This document shows positions 13,656 to 28,684 of a stretch of DNA of 64,000 bases, one piece after another (positions within the stretch are counted from its first letter, which is position 1; the number at the start of each line of letters is the position of its first letter). The translations under genes and the position numbers were made by a program. The stretch covers positions 4,896,001 to 4,960,000 of the forward strand of contig CM000151.3 in NCBI GenBank assembly GCA_000004695.1. Direction: 5' to 3'. The notes beneath the pieces are model-generated. The model was not told the origin of the DNA, ran no database searches, and was given only the letters and a program-made list of their open reading frames with translations. The DNA comes from Dictyostelium discoideum. Its lineage: Eukaryota.

Positions 13656-15671
13656 ATGAATATAATTAATTATTTTAAGAATGGGAATAATAATAATGGG
13701 CATTCAAGTGGTGTTGGTAGTAGTGGTCATTCATATTATTCAAATAATAAAGGCACAAGTTTTGTACCATCACCAGTTTTATATATGACACCAATGGCAC
13801 CCATAGATTATGGATGTCCAGATGATATGTTAGATGATGGTAGAAGTGATACTGCCCCATCTTCACAAAATACAAGTCCAATGTATCAACATCATAATTT
13901 TCATAATAATCATAATAATACACATAATCATAACAACAACAATAATAATAATAATAATAATCATGAACAACCAAATTGTGCATTAGAATTTTTAGAACAT
14001 CATCTTTCATTCGAAACCAAATATGGTGTAAACGTTTCACAGGGTAATAGAAAATATCAAGAAGATCGTCATAAAGTTAAAATGGGTTTAGAAAATAATC
14101 AATATCTTTCATTATTTGGTGTATTTGATGGTCATGGTGGAGATGTAAATATATATTAATTTTCTTTTATTAAATAATAATAATAATAATAATAATAATA
14201 TTAATTTTAAATTATATTTTATATAAAGAGAGCATCAAATTTTGTAAAAAAGAAGATTGTAAATTGTGTAAATAAATATGTTAAAGAAAATAAGGCAGGT
14301 TATTCAAGTAAAAATTTAAATTCATCAAGTTCACCAACAGGTTCGACATCATCAGCTTCATCAAGTGGTTCGAGTAGCAGTTCAGCATCATCGAGTGGTG
14401 GTGGGGGTGGTGGAGGAGGTCCATTGAATGGGTCATCATCATCAATTGGTATGCCTCATGCATCTACCATTTCACCAACACCATCAAGTGGAAATAGTAG
14501 TACAAGTAGTGGTGCAAGTAGTAGTGGAGTTTCATCAGCAAATTCACCAATTGGTGTTGGTTTCGATAGTCCTGGTTGGATGAAATTCAATCATTTATAT
14601 AATCAAAATAACTTTCAACAAGAGATACAAAATAGAAGTGAATTTTTACAGGCAGCACTTTACAATACATTTCAATTCCTCGATAATAGGTATTGTAAAA
14701 AGTATAGACAAAAAGGTGATGGCGGTACCACTTGTTTAGTCGCCCTATTATCAAATCCACCAAATGCTCAACCATTACTTGTCGTTGCAAATGCTGGTGA
14801 TTCAAGAGGTGTACTTTGTAGAAATGGTAAAGCATATGCATTAAGTTATGATCATAAACCTGGTAATCCAAAAGAGAAACAAAGAATAACAAGTAGTGGA
14901 GGTAAAATCGAATGGGATTTTAATGAAAGAATATGGAGAGTTTCAGGTATATTATCAGTTTCAAGGGGTATTGGTGATATACCTTTGAAGAAATGGGTTA
15001 TTTGTGATCCAGAATTTGTTGTTTTCCCATTAAAAGGTCCAATTAGAAAATCAAATTCATCTCGTTACACTTCTCCATCATCTTCCTCGTCATCATCATC
15101 TTCTTCTTCTTCTTCTTCTTCTTCCTCTTCACCTTCATCTCCAAAAGCATTTAGATCATCACCTCAAATCAATAGATTCTTTTTTTCACCCTCATTTAAA
15201 AACAAAACAATAAGTAATAGTACAGGATCATTACCACCTCCATCGACAAATAATTCTCCACAACAACCACCTCCAATTTTACATCAAAATAATATTTCTT
15301 CACCAGTTTCAAGTATTTCTGAAGCTCAACCATTTAATTCCATTGATAATCAAAATAATAATAATAATAATAATAATAATTCAAAATTAATATCAACATC
15401 ACCACCAAATCATAAAATGTATTATTGTTCTAACCATCAATATAATTATGGAGAAGTTGATCAATTTTTTGTTTTGGCAACTGATGGTATTTGGGATGTT
15501 TTTGAAAATCAAGAATTGGTTGAATTTATTAATGCAATAATTGAAGAATCTTATCATTCAAAAAGATTAGATTGGGATCCAAATGAAATTTCAAAAAGAG
15601 TTGTTCAGGAAGCTTATAGAAAAGGTAGTGGTGATAATGCAACAGTCTTAATTATAAAACTATATTGGTAA
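13656..15671 (+). CDS. Protein phosphatase 2C (PPM family); join(13656..14144,14229..15671), 643 aa
   Basis: PP2C motifs are present: GVNVSQGNRKYQEDRH, FGVFDGHGG|D (donor gat|gtaaat, acceptor aaag|aga, phase 0), and RASNFVKKKIV. Also found: GGTTCLVALL, LLVVANAGDSRGVLCRNG, YDHKP, ISVSRGIGD, FFVLATDGIWDV and GSGDNATVLIIKL. There are long Ser/Gly/Asn low-complexity inserts. Confidence 0.8.
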
Positions 15672-15789
15672 AAATATATTTAAATTTTTAAATTAATTAT
15701 TAAAAATAAAAAAAAACAAAAATAAATATAAAAAAAAAATTAATAAATAAAAATAACAAATAAAAAAATAATAAATTATTATTTAATAA

Positions 15790-15841
<52 letters not shown>

Positions 15842-16515
15842 TTATATTTTTTCAAGTTAATCTAATTCTCAATCATTAAATTCTAATTATCAAAATAATA
15901 ATAATAATAATAAAAATATAATAAATTATTTAAAACTTTTTTTTTTTTTTTTTTTGTACTTCATGAAAAAAATCAAATAATAATAACAAAAACAAAAAAA
16001 TAAACTCAAACAATTTTTTTTTTTTTTTTTTTTTTTGTTTAATTCACCCACTAATTTTTTGTACTTCATGAAAATTAATTAAAAAAAAAAAAAAAAATTG
16101 AATATATTTTTATAATTTTTGCTCCCCTAAATATTTTTTTTTTTTTTTTATTTTTATTATTTTTTTTTTTTTTTTTGAATAATCAAATAAAATAATTATA
16201 ACTAAAAAGAAATAAATAGTAAAACGAATTTTCAATATATAATATATATATTAAATATATTATTTATATTGTTATATCATTAAACATATATATATGTAAC
16301 CCATAAATAATAATAATAATAATAATAATAAAAATAATAATAAATAATAATAGTAATAGTAATAATTTACACTACATGTATATTTTCAAACAACTTATAA
16401 TTTTAATAAATCAGATTAAAGAGTCTCAATAGGAACTACTATATCATATTAATAAATAAATTTTATATATTATATCTGACAAAAAAAAAAAATAAAAAAA
16501 TAAAAAAATAAATAA

Positions 16516-16548
<33 letters not shown>

Positions 16549-17160
16549 TTAAATAAAATAAAGTAATAAATTATATGTTATCATGGAAGATACCGCACTT
16601 ATGGGATATTTTCATTTTATAAGGTATCTACATGCGGCAACCACACCAAAACTTCGGTTTGCATTTGAAATATTTTCATTGATCGTCATTTCATTATTTG
16701 TTTCAACTTTATTTGTTATGCATAATCAATTTGTTGGAAAGGTAAATACCTCTCAATTTTTAAAAAGAAAAAAAAAAAAAAAATAAAAAAAAAACTTTTT
16801 ATAATAAATCTATTAATAATAATTTTTATTTATTTTTTCATATAGTCAGATTGTTTAAAACTACCAAATAATACAAGATTTGATATACTGTCAATTGAAA
16901 TTAAAGGAGAAACATCAATATTTAGTAGACAACATATTTATAAGAAATCAACAACAACAACAGAAACAACACCTACAACAACAACAACAACAACAACAAC
17001 AGTGAACAATGATATTGATCAACAATCATATAATAAATATTTACAAGTTTTAAAAGGTGCTGTTGATAAACATGAACCTTGTATTTATGATGAAAATTAT
17101 GATAATGATAATGATAATGATATAGATAAAGATTCGGTTACAACAGCAACTACTACCACT

Positions 17161-17197
<37 letters not shown>

Positions 17198-17500
17198 CCA
17201 CTACTACAACTTCACTTATAACAGAATCAACCTATTTTAAAACAGCAATTGAATTTATCATTGATTTAATTAGACAAATGTATCATAGTTTATATAATTT
17301 TATTAGTATATTTTTCAATTCACAATTTGACGAGTATGATCAACAATATAAGAAAGATCGTTTAGAGAGAGAACATTTAAAAAGATTAAAAGAAGAATTA
17401 AAGAAACACATTAAAGATATTGATAGAAATCATGTTAATTTTGAAAAATTGGTAAAAAATTATGAAGATATTAATAATAAATATGTTTTAAAATCTGATA

Positions 17501-19224
<1,724 letters not shown>

Positions 19225-19810
19225 AAAATAAAATAAAAAATAAAATAAAAAGTAAAATAATCGCAAAAGAGAAAAAAAAAAAAAAAAATGTGGTTTGTTT
19301 TTATTTTATTTTATTTTTTTTCAGAAATAGCGCACAACTAAACTAAAAAATTATTTTTAGAATTTTTGATTGAAAAAAAAAAATGAAAAAAAAAAAAATG
19401 AAAAAAAAAAAAAAAAGACCCATAATTGTCATGAATTGATTATTATTTTATAAAAAAAGTTTTTTTGGACTTAATCGATAGCTTGAATTGCTTTCAATAT
19501 TCCCAAGTCAAATTGCATGGAACTGATTTTCAAAATAAGTCTGTGTGTCGATGGGAGCATAGAATAAATTTATTCATTAGGCATTAACATACGATTAGAC
19601 ATTCTCATAGTTTGATTGTAATAGTTTAGTGAATATATCTTTTATAATAATTAAAAAAAAAACCATTTCAAATTGATTAAAAAAATATTATTCAATCAAA
19701 ATAATAATTTAATAATTGATTTTTTAATATGTCAAATATTCCCAAAATGAAGGTCTATTTAATGATGAGCTACTCGTTTTTTATTCTCTTTATGTTTTTG
19801 TTTATTATTA

Positions 19811-19895
<85 letters not shown>

Positions 19896-19896
19896 G
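19811..19896. repeat. (ATT)n microsatellite; the poly-Leu ORF 19729..19914 is an artefact
   Basis: attattatt... run in intergenic DNA. Confidence 0.85.
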
Positions 19897-19933
19897 AATC
19901 AAATAATAATTTAATCTTTAATATTATTTTTAT

Positions 19934-19971
<38 letters not shown>

Positions 19972-20021
19972 AAATAAAATAATCCAGATTAAATTCTCTT
20001 TGAATTTTTATAAATATAAAA

Positions 20022-20072
<51 letters not shown>

Positions 20073-20420
20073 TAACCATTTTTTATTCTGCTGTTTTTTT
20101 TAAAAAAAAAAAACGATGAAAAATGGATAAATGGAAATAAGAAATTCCAATTTTATTTCTTTTTTTCATTTTTTTCATTTTTTCATTTTTTTCATTTTTT
20201 TTAATTTTTTTTCTTTGAAATTGATTAAATTAAAAAATTTTGTGAAAATAACCAGAATGATTTGCGGAATATAAAAATGCTTAAAAAAAAAATACCAAAC
20301 ATAAAATCATAAACAATAATAATAATAAATATTTACAAAAAATTTAAAACTCAATTTTATATAAAAAAAAAAAAAACAATTAATATAATATTAAATAAAT
20401 AAATACATATAAATAAAATC

Positions 20421-21131
20421 ATGTCGACAACAATTTATTTCTCATATCCAACTTATTCAAATGAAAGAGAATTCACCACATATGATGATGATAGTGAAGA
20501 AGAGTATTATGATCAATCCTATTTCCAAGATTATTCATTTCAAAATAAACCACAACCATCATCATCCAATATAAATAAATCTAAATCAGTTAAAGTTACT
20601 GGATATGGTAATGGTAGTAAAAATGCAGGCCAAGCCATTCCAAGAACTGATAAAGATTATAAAGCTGCAATTGAATATAAAAAAGAAAAGAAATTAGCAA
20701 TTAAACAAATAAAAGAAAATAAATTATCAACTTCACCAACAACAATAACAACAACAACAACAACAAATACTGCAACTAGTTATGAAAATGTAAACATAGA
20801 ATCACCAAATGATGAAAATAATAAAACAAAGAAATTAACAAAATTAGAAGTAAAATCAATCATTGAAAAAGAAACTGACCTAAAGAAAAAAGAAAGATTA
20901 CCATCAAGTATTGAAGTTTATAATAGAATTTTACATGATGAACAATTAAAAGATAAAATTCAAGATTTCATAATTACCTATGAAGATCGTTTCGATGGTT
21001 TATGTGATTCCGAGTTATTAAAATTAGACGAAGCCATTCCATTCCATAGAATTAGACAAATTAGATATTTAAATCAAATTGTATGGTCACGTTCTGAAAG
21101 ATTTTACGATTTCTCAAATTTATTGGATTAA
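20421..21131 (+). CDS. Hypothetical acidic/Ser-Thr-rich protein (236 aa), paralog of 34622..35317
   Basis: Single ORF MSTTIYFSYPTYSNEREFTTYDDDSEEE... The C-terminal 100 aa (KKLTKLEVKSIIEKETDLKKKERLPSSIEVYNRILHDEQLKDKIQDFIITYEDRFDGLC..LLKLDEAIPFHRIRQIRYLNQIVWSRSERFYDFSNLLD) is nearly identical to the minus-strand ORF at 34622..35317. Confidence 0.6.
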   Translation: MSTTIYFSYPTYSNEREFTTYDDDSEEEYYDQSYFQDYSFQNKPQPSSSNINKSKSVKVTGYGNGSKNAGQAIPRTDKDYKAAIEYKKEKKLAIKQIKENKLSTSPTTITTTTTTNTATSYENVNIESPNDENNKTKKLTKLEVKSIIEKETDLKKKERLPSSIEVYNRILHDEQLKDKIQDFIITYEDRFDGLCDSELLKLDEAIPFHRIRQIRYLNQIVWSRSERFYDFSNLLD

Positions 21132-21454
21132 AAAAAAAAAACACAAAAAGAAAATGTTTACTCAACATGTTTTTGGGTTCAAAAGTGTCAAAAGTTGGCA
21201 ATTGATTTTTGTATTGAAAAAAAAAAAAGTTGGTGTGTAATTAGCGAAAAATACTGGTGAAAATCTTCCAAAAAACCGAAATTGGTTAATTTTTTATTTT
21301 TTTTCCTGACCAATAAATATCTTTTTTTTATTTTTTTTTTTATCCTTTGCAAAGATTTAATTTTCTTATAAGGTTTTTTTTTTATTTTTTTTTATTTTAT
21401 TTTTTTTATTTTATTTTATTTTATTTTTTTTTATTTATTAATTTAAATTTATCT

Positions 21455-22399
21455 TTATGGTTTGAGTGCAGGTTGTTGTGTGACACCAAGAGCGTTAGTT
21501 GTCATAAGAATACCGACAATAACAGCGTAAAGACCTAAGGCACCAGCGAAAATTTCAATAATAAGCATTTTAACAAAAAGTGATGGATTTTGAGCGTCAC
21601 CCAATGCACAACCACTACCAGCAATACCTACGCAAACACTTTTTTTTTTTAAAAAATAATAAAAAAATTTGAGTGTTAGTTTTGATATATAAAAAAAAAA
21701 AAAAAAAAGTTTATTAAAAACTAAAAAACAATAATAATTACCCTGAAAAAACATTACAAAGACCAACAGTGATACCGGCACCAAACATCATGTAACCGGC
21801 CATATAATCGGAAGCTGGATCCCAAATATTTAAAAATTTATCGATTTTACCCTATAAAAATTAAAAAATATATAAAGGTTAGTAACTCTCTAGATATTTG
21901 TAATATTCGTTGTAAAAGTAGTGAATAATTTTCTATTATCATTGTTCTTATTTTTGTTGCTATTATTATTTTATTTATTATTATTATTATTATCATAATC
22001 ATCATCATCATCATAGTCATAATCATAACTATTATTCATTATCATCCATTATGTTGAATTATCTTTGCTATAGCGTGGTTTATATAACTCCACTTTACTA
22101 TCATCACGATCAATACTGTTGTTGTTGTTGTTGTTGTTGTTGTGTTCTTGTTGTTGTGTTCTTGTTGTTTTAAATTCTCTAAATACATAATTAAATCTAT
22201 GACTGTTTTAAACATACATTTAAAATAATAGCTAAAATAATACCATAAATAGCTACAGCTTCACAGAAAATAATACTAATAATATTTTTTGAACGAATTC
22301 TTGGTTCTTTAACGGCAGCACCCATAAGTGATGATGCAGTGACCCAAATACCCCTATTAATTGTGTAAAGTTAGTATTGATTACTTATTTATTTATTTA

Positions 22400-22466
<67 letters not shown>

Positions 22467-22582
22467 ATTATTAATGATTATTATTTTATTAGGTCCAAAC
22501 ATACCAAGCTGAACCAACAACTGATAAGGCTAATGAAAGGCCAATACCTGCATAAAAAAAAAATAGTTAGAAATAGTTTTGG

Positions 22583-22618
<36 letters not shown>

Positions 22619-22802
22619 CTTATTAAAAAATAAATGAAATAACGAAATTCATAAGTAAAAAAAAAAAAAAAATAAAAAAAATATATAAATAATACGTACC
22701 AAGTGCAGCCCATGTTGATGGGGATATAGTTACAAGGAAATAAGTACATTGATCATAATAGTTATTATCTGGAATTGGAGTAAGTGGATTAATATCAGGC
22801 AT
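21455..22802 (-). CDS. V-type ATPase V0 21 kDa proteolipid subunit c'' (ATP6V0B/Vma16 homolog); complement(join(22700..22802,22505..22547,22218..22353,21742..21851,21455..21638)), 191 aa
   Basis: The joined product is [177 protein letters not shown]... It aligns along its whole length with human ATP6V0B (..[123 protein letters not shown]). Donors are gtacgt, gtatgt, gtatgt and gtaatt. All phases were checked. Confidence 0.85.
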
Positions 22803-23443
22803 TTTTAATATATATATATAAATAAACACACAAAATTTTATGTACAAAAAAAGTTTTATGAAAAAAAAAAATTAAAAAAAAAAAATTAAAAAAAAAAAAA
22901 AAAAACAAATTTTCGCTTCAAAAAATTAAAAAAAAAAAAAAAAAAAAAAAGTTGAAGCACATATAAAATTTTTTTTACCAGGGCTTTATTTATTATTTTT
23001 ATTTTTATTTTTATTTTTAATTTTTTTTTTTTTCTGATACTAAAAGATTAATTAAACAAAAGAGCACTTTTTTTTGGGAACCTGTGACAATGATTTTTCT
23101 GGGGGGTGGTTTGTAATATATTTATACTATTATAATATATTAAAGTTGACTTAACCACTTTTCCAATAATTTATTTATTCATTCATTATTTAAATAATAT
23201 AATTAATTTTTACTAATATATATATATTTTTTATTTTTTTTTTATTTTTTTCAGGCTATTCATAGGAAAATAAAATAAAAACAAATCATCTCTTTCAATA
23301 TTTATGAATATAATTTTAAAAAGTTCAAATTAAAAGCAATCAGAAACTTGGCACCAACTCAAATTTTTTAATAAATTAAAATAAATAATATAATAATCAC
23401 GCCCAAAATAACTTTAAAATTTGGTTTTATTTTTATTTTATTA

Positions 23444-23474
<31 letters not shown>

Positions 23475-24281
23475 CATAAAAATCTTCGTTAAAAAAAAAA
23501 ATAAATAAATAAATAAATTAAAATTTGGCTTAAAACAAAAAGTTAAATAATTTTTCTGTTTTTTTTTGATCGTCCACTTGAAATATTCCATAAAATTTTT
23601 CCCAAGATTATTACCAGTTTATTTTTAAAATTTATTTAATTTATTTTTTTTTTTAAAAAAAAAAAAAAAAAAATTCAAAAAAAAAAAAATCAACATATTT
23701 TACACGCTCGCTTTTTTTTTTTTTTATATTCAATATCCCAAAACCAACAAATATTAATAAATATTAATTTGATTTAATAATATTTGTCCTCAAATAAATT
23801 TTTTTTTTTTATATAAACCATTAACAATAAATAAATATATATATATATATAACGTAAGTTTAAGTTTATATTATTATTTTTTTTTTTTTTTTTTTTCCTC
23901 TTTCCTTCCTATCAACACCACCACATTCCTCTCAAAAGGGGCACAAATAGATTTTCATTTAAATAATTAAACCAATGCCCAATCAAAAATCATTTATAAT
24001 CAACTTGTTGTTTTTTATAATTTTATTATTATTTTCATTTTTTTATTTTTTTTTTTCCAAAATTAAACAGTAACAAAATTACCAGGTTAATCTTTCACTT
24101 TTTTTTTAAAAAAATTATTTTTATTTTAATTTTTTTAATTTTTTTTTTTTTTTTTTTTTTTTTTCAATTTTTTTTTTTTTTTTTTCACATTCGAGCATCA
24201 AATTTTTTTTTTATTTTTTTTTTTTCCTACGCACATATTAACAAATATTAATTATTTATAAATATACAGTCACATTAAAAA

Positions 24282-25065
24282 ATGTTTCAATTATTAAGCT
24301 TTTTATTAAGTGGTGAAGCCACCGCAGTCGAAAGAATCATCACTGATGCTTGGTATGTAAAATAAATAAATAAATGAATAAAAAATAGAATATAAATAAA
24401 TAAAAATAGTAAATAAATAAAAATAGTAAATAAATAAAAAATAGTAAATAAATAAAAAAAATAAAAAAAATCAATTAATTAAAAAAATAAATTAATAAAT
24501 AAACAAATTACTAATATTTTAAAATTAATAAATAAATAATTATAGCCCAGTTTATGCCCCATTCTTTGGTGCTATGGGTGTCACAGCTGCTTTAGTTTTC
24601 ACAGTTATGGGTGCCGCTTATGGTACTGCTAAAGCCTCTGTTGGTATTTCAAATATGGGTGTTATGAAACCAGATCTTGTAATTAAAGCTTTCATTCCAG
24701 TTATTTTTGCTGGTGTTATTGCTATCTATGGTCTTATTATTTGTGTTATTCTCGTCGGTGGTATCAAACCAAATGCCAACTATACCTTAATGAAATCTTT
24801 CACTGATTTAGGTGCTGGTTTAACTGTCGGTCTCTGTGGTCTTGCTGCTGGTATGGCTATTGGTATTGTTGGTGACTCTGGTGTTAGAGCTTTCGGTCAA
24901 CAACCAAAATTATACGTTATTATGATGCTTATCCTTATTTTCTCTGAAGCTCTTGGTTTATATGGTTTAATTATTGGTATTTTATTATCATCTGTCTCAG
25001 ATACCTATTGCCCAGGTCAAGCTTTAGTTCCATTAAACAGTGGTAACGTTATTGGTAAAAACTAA
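24282..25065 (+). CDS. vatP: V-type ATPase V0 16 kDa proteolipid subunit c; join(24282..24352,24546..25065), 196 aa
   Basis: Exon 1 is [23 protein letters not shown](tg), with donor gtatgt. Acceptor tatag|c gives C, then [102 protein letters not shown]. The yeast Vma3 N-terminus [14 protein letters not shown] matches. This gene is divergent, head-to-head, with the c'' gene. Confidence 0.9.
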
Positions 25066-25648
25066 ATAGCTTTATAAAAAAACAATAAATAATATTAAAA
25101 TAAATAAATAAAAATAAACAAAAAAAAAATTTCTAAATAAAAAATTTAAAAAAATATAATATTACCATCAACTATTTTTCTTATAATTAGATTTTATATT
25201 TTTTTTTTTTTTTTAAATATATAAATGCAATAGTTTTTTTTTTAAATTTTTTTTTTTTTTTTTTTGTTTTTGGTTCATCAATCCAAAATTTTATTTATCT
25301 TGGAATTTATATTACAATTTTATTTTTTTTTTATTTTTTCATTTTTTCATTTTTTTTTACTTTCATATTATTTTTTTTTTTTTTTTTTTTTCACATCTAA
25401 ATTTAAACATAATAATAATAAAAAAAAAAAAAAAAAATCAAATCAAAACGCACCTAAAGCTTTATATTGTTTTTTTTATTATTTATAATATGATGTATAT
25501 CGTTTGTGACTAATAAAAAGTCTAATAATAAATAGTAATAATAAAAATAAGAAGCCTAATATACCTATATCCACCTCTGTCCCCTCCCCTCCCCTCCCTT
25601 CCCTATTCACATTAATTATTAGCATTTAGGTATCTTTACCTTTTAACA

Positions 25649-25959
25649 ATGGCTGCTAATTTTTGGGAATCATCACATTGGTATTTATTTATTAAAAAAA
25701 AAATATATATATATATTAATTATCTATTAATTTACAACTAAATAATAATTATTTTTAAAGTACTGAATGGTTATTAGATAGAAATAAAATTGAAGAATCA
25801 AATCCAAAAGATAAACAATATTTAACACCAATAGAATTGAAAAAGCTTAGAACTCATTATTGTTTTGTTATTCAAAATCTTGGTAATGCCTTAAAATTAA
25901 GACAAAGAGCAATATCAACAGCAATAGTTTATTTTAAAAGATTTTATTTAAAGTAAGTG

Positions 25960-25992
<33 letters not shown>

Positions 25993-26585
25993 AAAAAAAA
26001 ATTATTAATATTTAAATTTTTATATAAATTATTTTAATTAGGAATAGTTTTGTTGATTGTGAACCTAGATTAGTAGCAGTTACATGTTTATATTTATCAT
26101 CAAAAGTTGAAGAATGTATAACACAAGCAAAGAAATGTGCAGCTAAAATGAAAGAAATCGATCACAGTTTTAATTATTTAATGAATGATATATTAGAATG
26201 TGAATTTTTTGTTTTGGAAGAATTGGATTTCTGTTTAATAATTTATCATCCTTATAAAAGTTTACCATTTTATTTACAAAGTAGTGGTTTAGATCCAGCT
26301 TCGATTGAAATCATATGGGGTATTGTAAATGATAGTTATAGAACTGACGTTTGTTTACTTTATCCTCCTTTTGTAGTTGGATTGGGTTGTATATTACTTG
26401 GTTCTTATCTACTCAAAAAAGATATAAAACAATGGTTATCAGAATTAAATGTTGAAATGAAAGATATTTGGGAAGTTTCAAAAGATTTAATAGATTATTA
26501 TGAATTCGAAAAACAACAATCTTTACAAAATCAATCTGAATTAGATTTATTATATAATAAATTACCAATTAGAAATAAAAAATAA
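25649..26585 (+). CDS. cycC: Cyclin C; join(25649..25680,25761..25952,26042..26585), 255 aa
   Basis: [10 protein letters not shown](tg)|(t)[32 protein letters not shown]|[86 protein letters not shown]. It matches human cyclin C (MAGNFWQSSHYLQW.., [85 protein letters not shown]). Donors are gtattt and gtaagt. Confidence 0.85.
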
Positions 26586-26787
26586 AAAAATAAAATAATA
26601 ATAAATAATAAATGAAATATAAATATAAATATAAATATAAATATAAATATAAATATAAATATAAATATAAATATAAATATAAATAAAATAAAAACAATTG
26701 TATTAAAAGATTTTATATATATATCTAATATATTCATTCTCTTTAATAATATTCGATTTTATATATATTTTTTATTTATTTATTTAT

Positions 26788-27695
26788 TTATTTATTTATT
26801 TTGTTTTTGTAGTGTGATGAATGGGTTTTAGTTGAGGATGAAGAGGTTGGTGTTGGTGTTGGTGTTGAAGTTGGTGTTGAGGTTGGTGTTGAAGTTGAAG
26901 TTGGTGTTGGTGTAGAATTAGTTGGAGTTGGAGTTGGTGTTGTTGAATTTGATGGAGTTGGAGTTGGAGTTGGAGTTGGATTACTAATTGTAAAATAAGA
27001 AGTAGTTTGATTTAAGAGAGTACTATACATTGTACCACATTCACCATTACACATATAAACTGTAACAGGATATTGACCATTGATAAAAGTGGAATTATTT
27101 GTTGTTTCAAAATCATACTTTACAGAATAGTTACCAGGTGAAAAACCTTCAAATAATTGATAGTTTATAAACTTTGATTGAGTTTGTGTATAGAATACAA
27201 TGAATGCAAATTGGCCAGCACCAGTTGTATTCACTACTTGAAATGTTAAATCAATTAAAAACTTTGATCCAGATTGACCAATTGCTGGTGAAACTCCTAA
27301 CGATATAAAATCTGCAGCTGGATTTTTTGGTGTACTACATGCTGTAATTAATTCACATGCATAAAATGGATTTATATCATTACTATTTATTTATTTAATA
27401 AAAGTTAGTAAGAATCAATTTATTTATTAAAATATAATATGTGTATTTAAAAATAATACAAACGTAACAAAGATTTTCCAAAAAGTATCAACACCAACTA
27501 AATCACATAAGCCAGTACAAATATCAATTTCATCAGTTTTATTTAAAAGGCCACAAATCTTTGAACATGATTCAATTACACCATATTCAGAGATGATCTT
27601 GACAAGAGTTGGTAAATAGCTATCTAAAAAGTCAAGACAAACTACACATTCAATATCTCCTAATTGTACAGAATTTCCACTATCTTCATTATAGG

Positions 27696-27729
<34 letters not shown>

Positions 27730-27936
27730 GTTATTATCTTCGTGGTTATTAAAATTAATTTCGGTACTATCATCTATTATTATATCTGTTGGGAATCTTA
27801 TTTCTTTATTATCATTATTATTTTTATTATTATTGTTGATGTTAAAATTTGATATTGCTGACACTATATTAATATTTGATGCTAGATTAAATATTGTTAT
27901 AATTAACAATATCAATGAAAACAATGATTTATTCAT
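26788..27936 (-). CDS. Secreted saposin-like (SAPLIP) domain protein with PT-repeat tail; 2 exons, approximately complement(join(27464..27936,26788..27382)), junction uncertain
   Basis: Exon 1 has a signal-like N-terminus (MNKSLFSLILLIITIFNLASNINIVSA), an N-rich linker, then a six-Cys saposin-type module (ECVVCLDFLDSYLPTLVKIISEYGVIESCSKICGLLNKTDEIDICTGLCDLVGVDTFWKIF). The downstream frame, open from about 27382, reads NDINPFYACELITACSTPKNPAADFISLGVSPAIGQSGSKFLIDLTFQVVNTTGAGQFAFIVFYTQ..YMCNGECGTMYST..(TPTPTP)n.. and ends with stop tta at 26788-26790. No canonical phase-matched donor/acceptor pair was found. The best option is ac|gtttgt with aaatag|t. Confidence 0.5.
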
Positions 27937-28648
27937 TGTTTTATTTTATATTATGTGTATATATATATATATAAAAATGAATATAAAATTAATATTATTT
28001 TTTGTATTTATGAGTAAGTGTGTTGGTGTGGGAATAAAATAATAAATGATTATTGGTGTTTTAAATAAAAAAAAAAAAAAAAAAGATAATAATGGGGTGT
28101 GTGTAATTGTTGAGAAATTTGAAGTTTTTAGTTTGAAAAAAAAAAATAAAAAAAAAAAAAATAAAAAATAAAAAACAAAAAAAAAAAAAAAAAAAAAAAA
28201 AATAAAATAATAAAAATTTTATAAAAAAAAAAAAAAAAATCAAAAAAAAAAAAGATATTTCGGCACTTTTTTTAAAAAAGTGAAAGTAAATTAAATTAAT
28301 ATGGGTTATTACCAAAGATTTTTATTTTTGGAAAATATCAAAAAAAAAAAATCAAAAAAAAAAAATCCAAAAAAAAAAAAAAAATCAAAATTATTTTTAT
28401 AAGATATAATTATTTATTAATTTTAATATTGACTCCAATATGGTCTTGTAAAAAAGGTATTATAACTTTCTTTTCCTTTATATCTATTTGTATTGCATTC
28501 TTTATTATTTTCGAATTGAATAGAATTATTATTTATATTATTTATTTTATTATAGTCGTTTACTTTGAAAATGTTTGAAATTTGGTTAATTTGATCTATA
28601 TATTTATTTTTTTTAAATAATAAAAAAAATAAAGTTAGTATTTTAATT

Positions 28649-28681
<33 letters not shown>

Positions 28682-28684
28682 TTT

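Noticed and set aside
19729-19914. 61-aa ORF with poly-Leu
   Set aside because: Artefact of an (ATT)n microsatellite in intergenic DNA.
26590-26700. (ATATAA)n / (aatataaat)n tandem repeat just 3' of cycC
   Set aside because: Simple-sequence 3' UTR/intergenic repeat. The ORF 26531..26737 across it is a poly-FI artefact.
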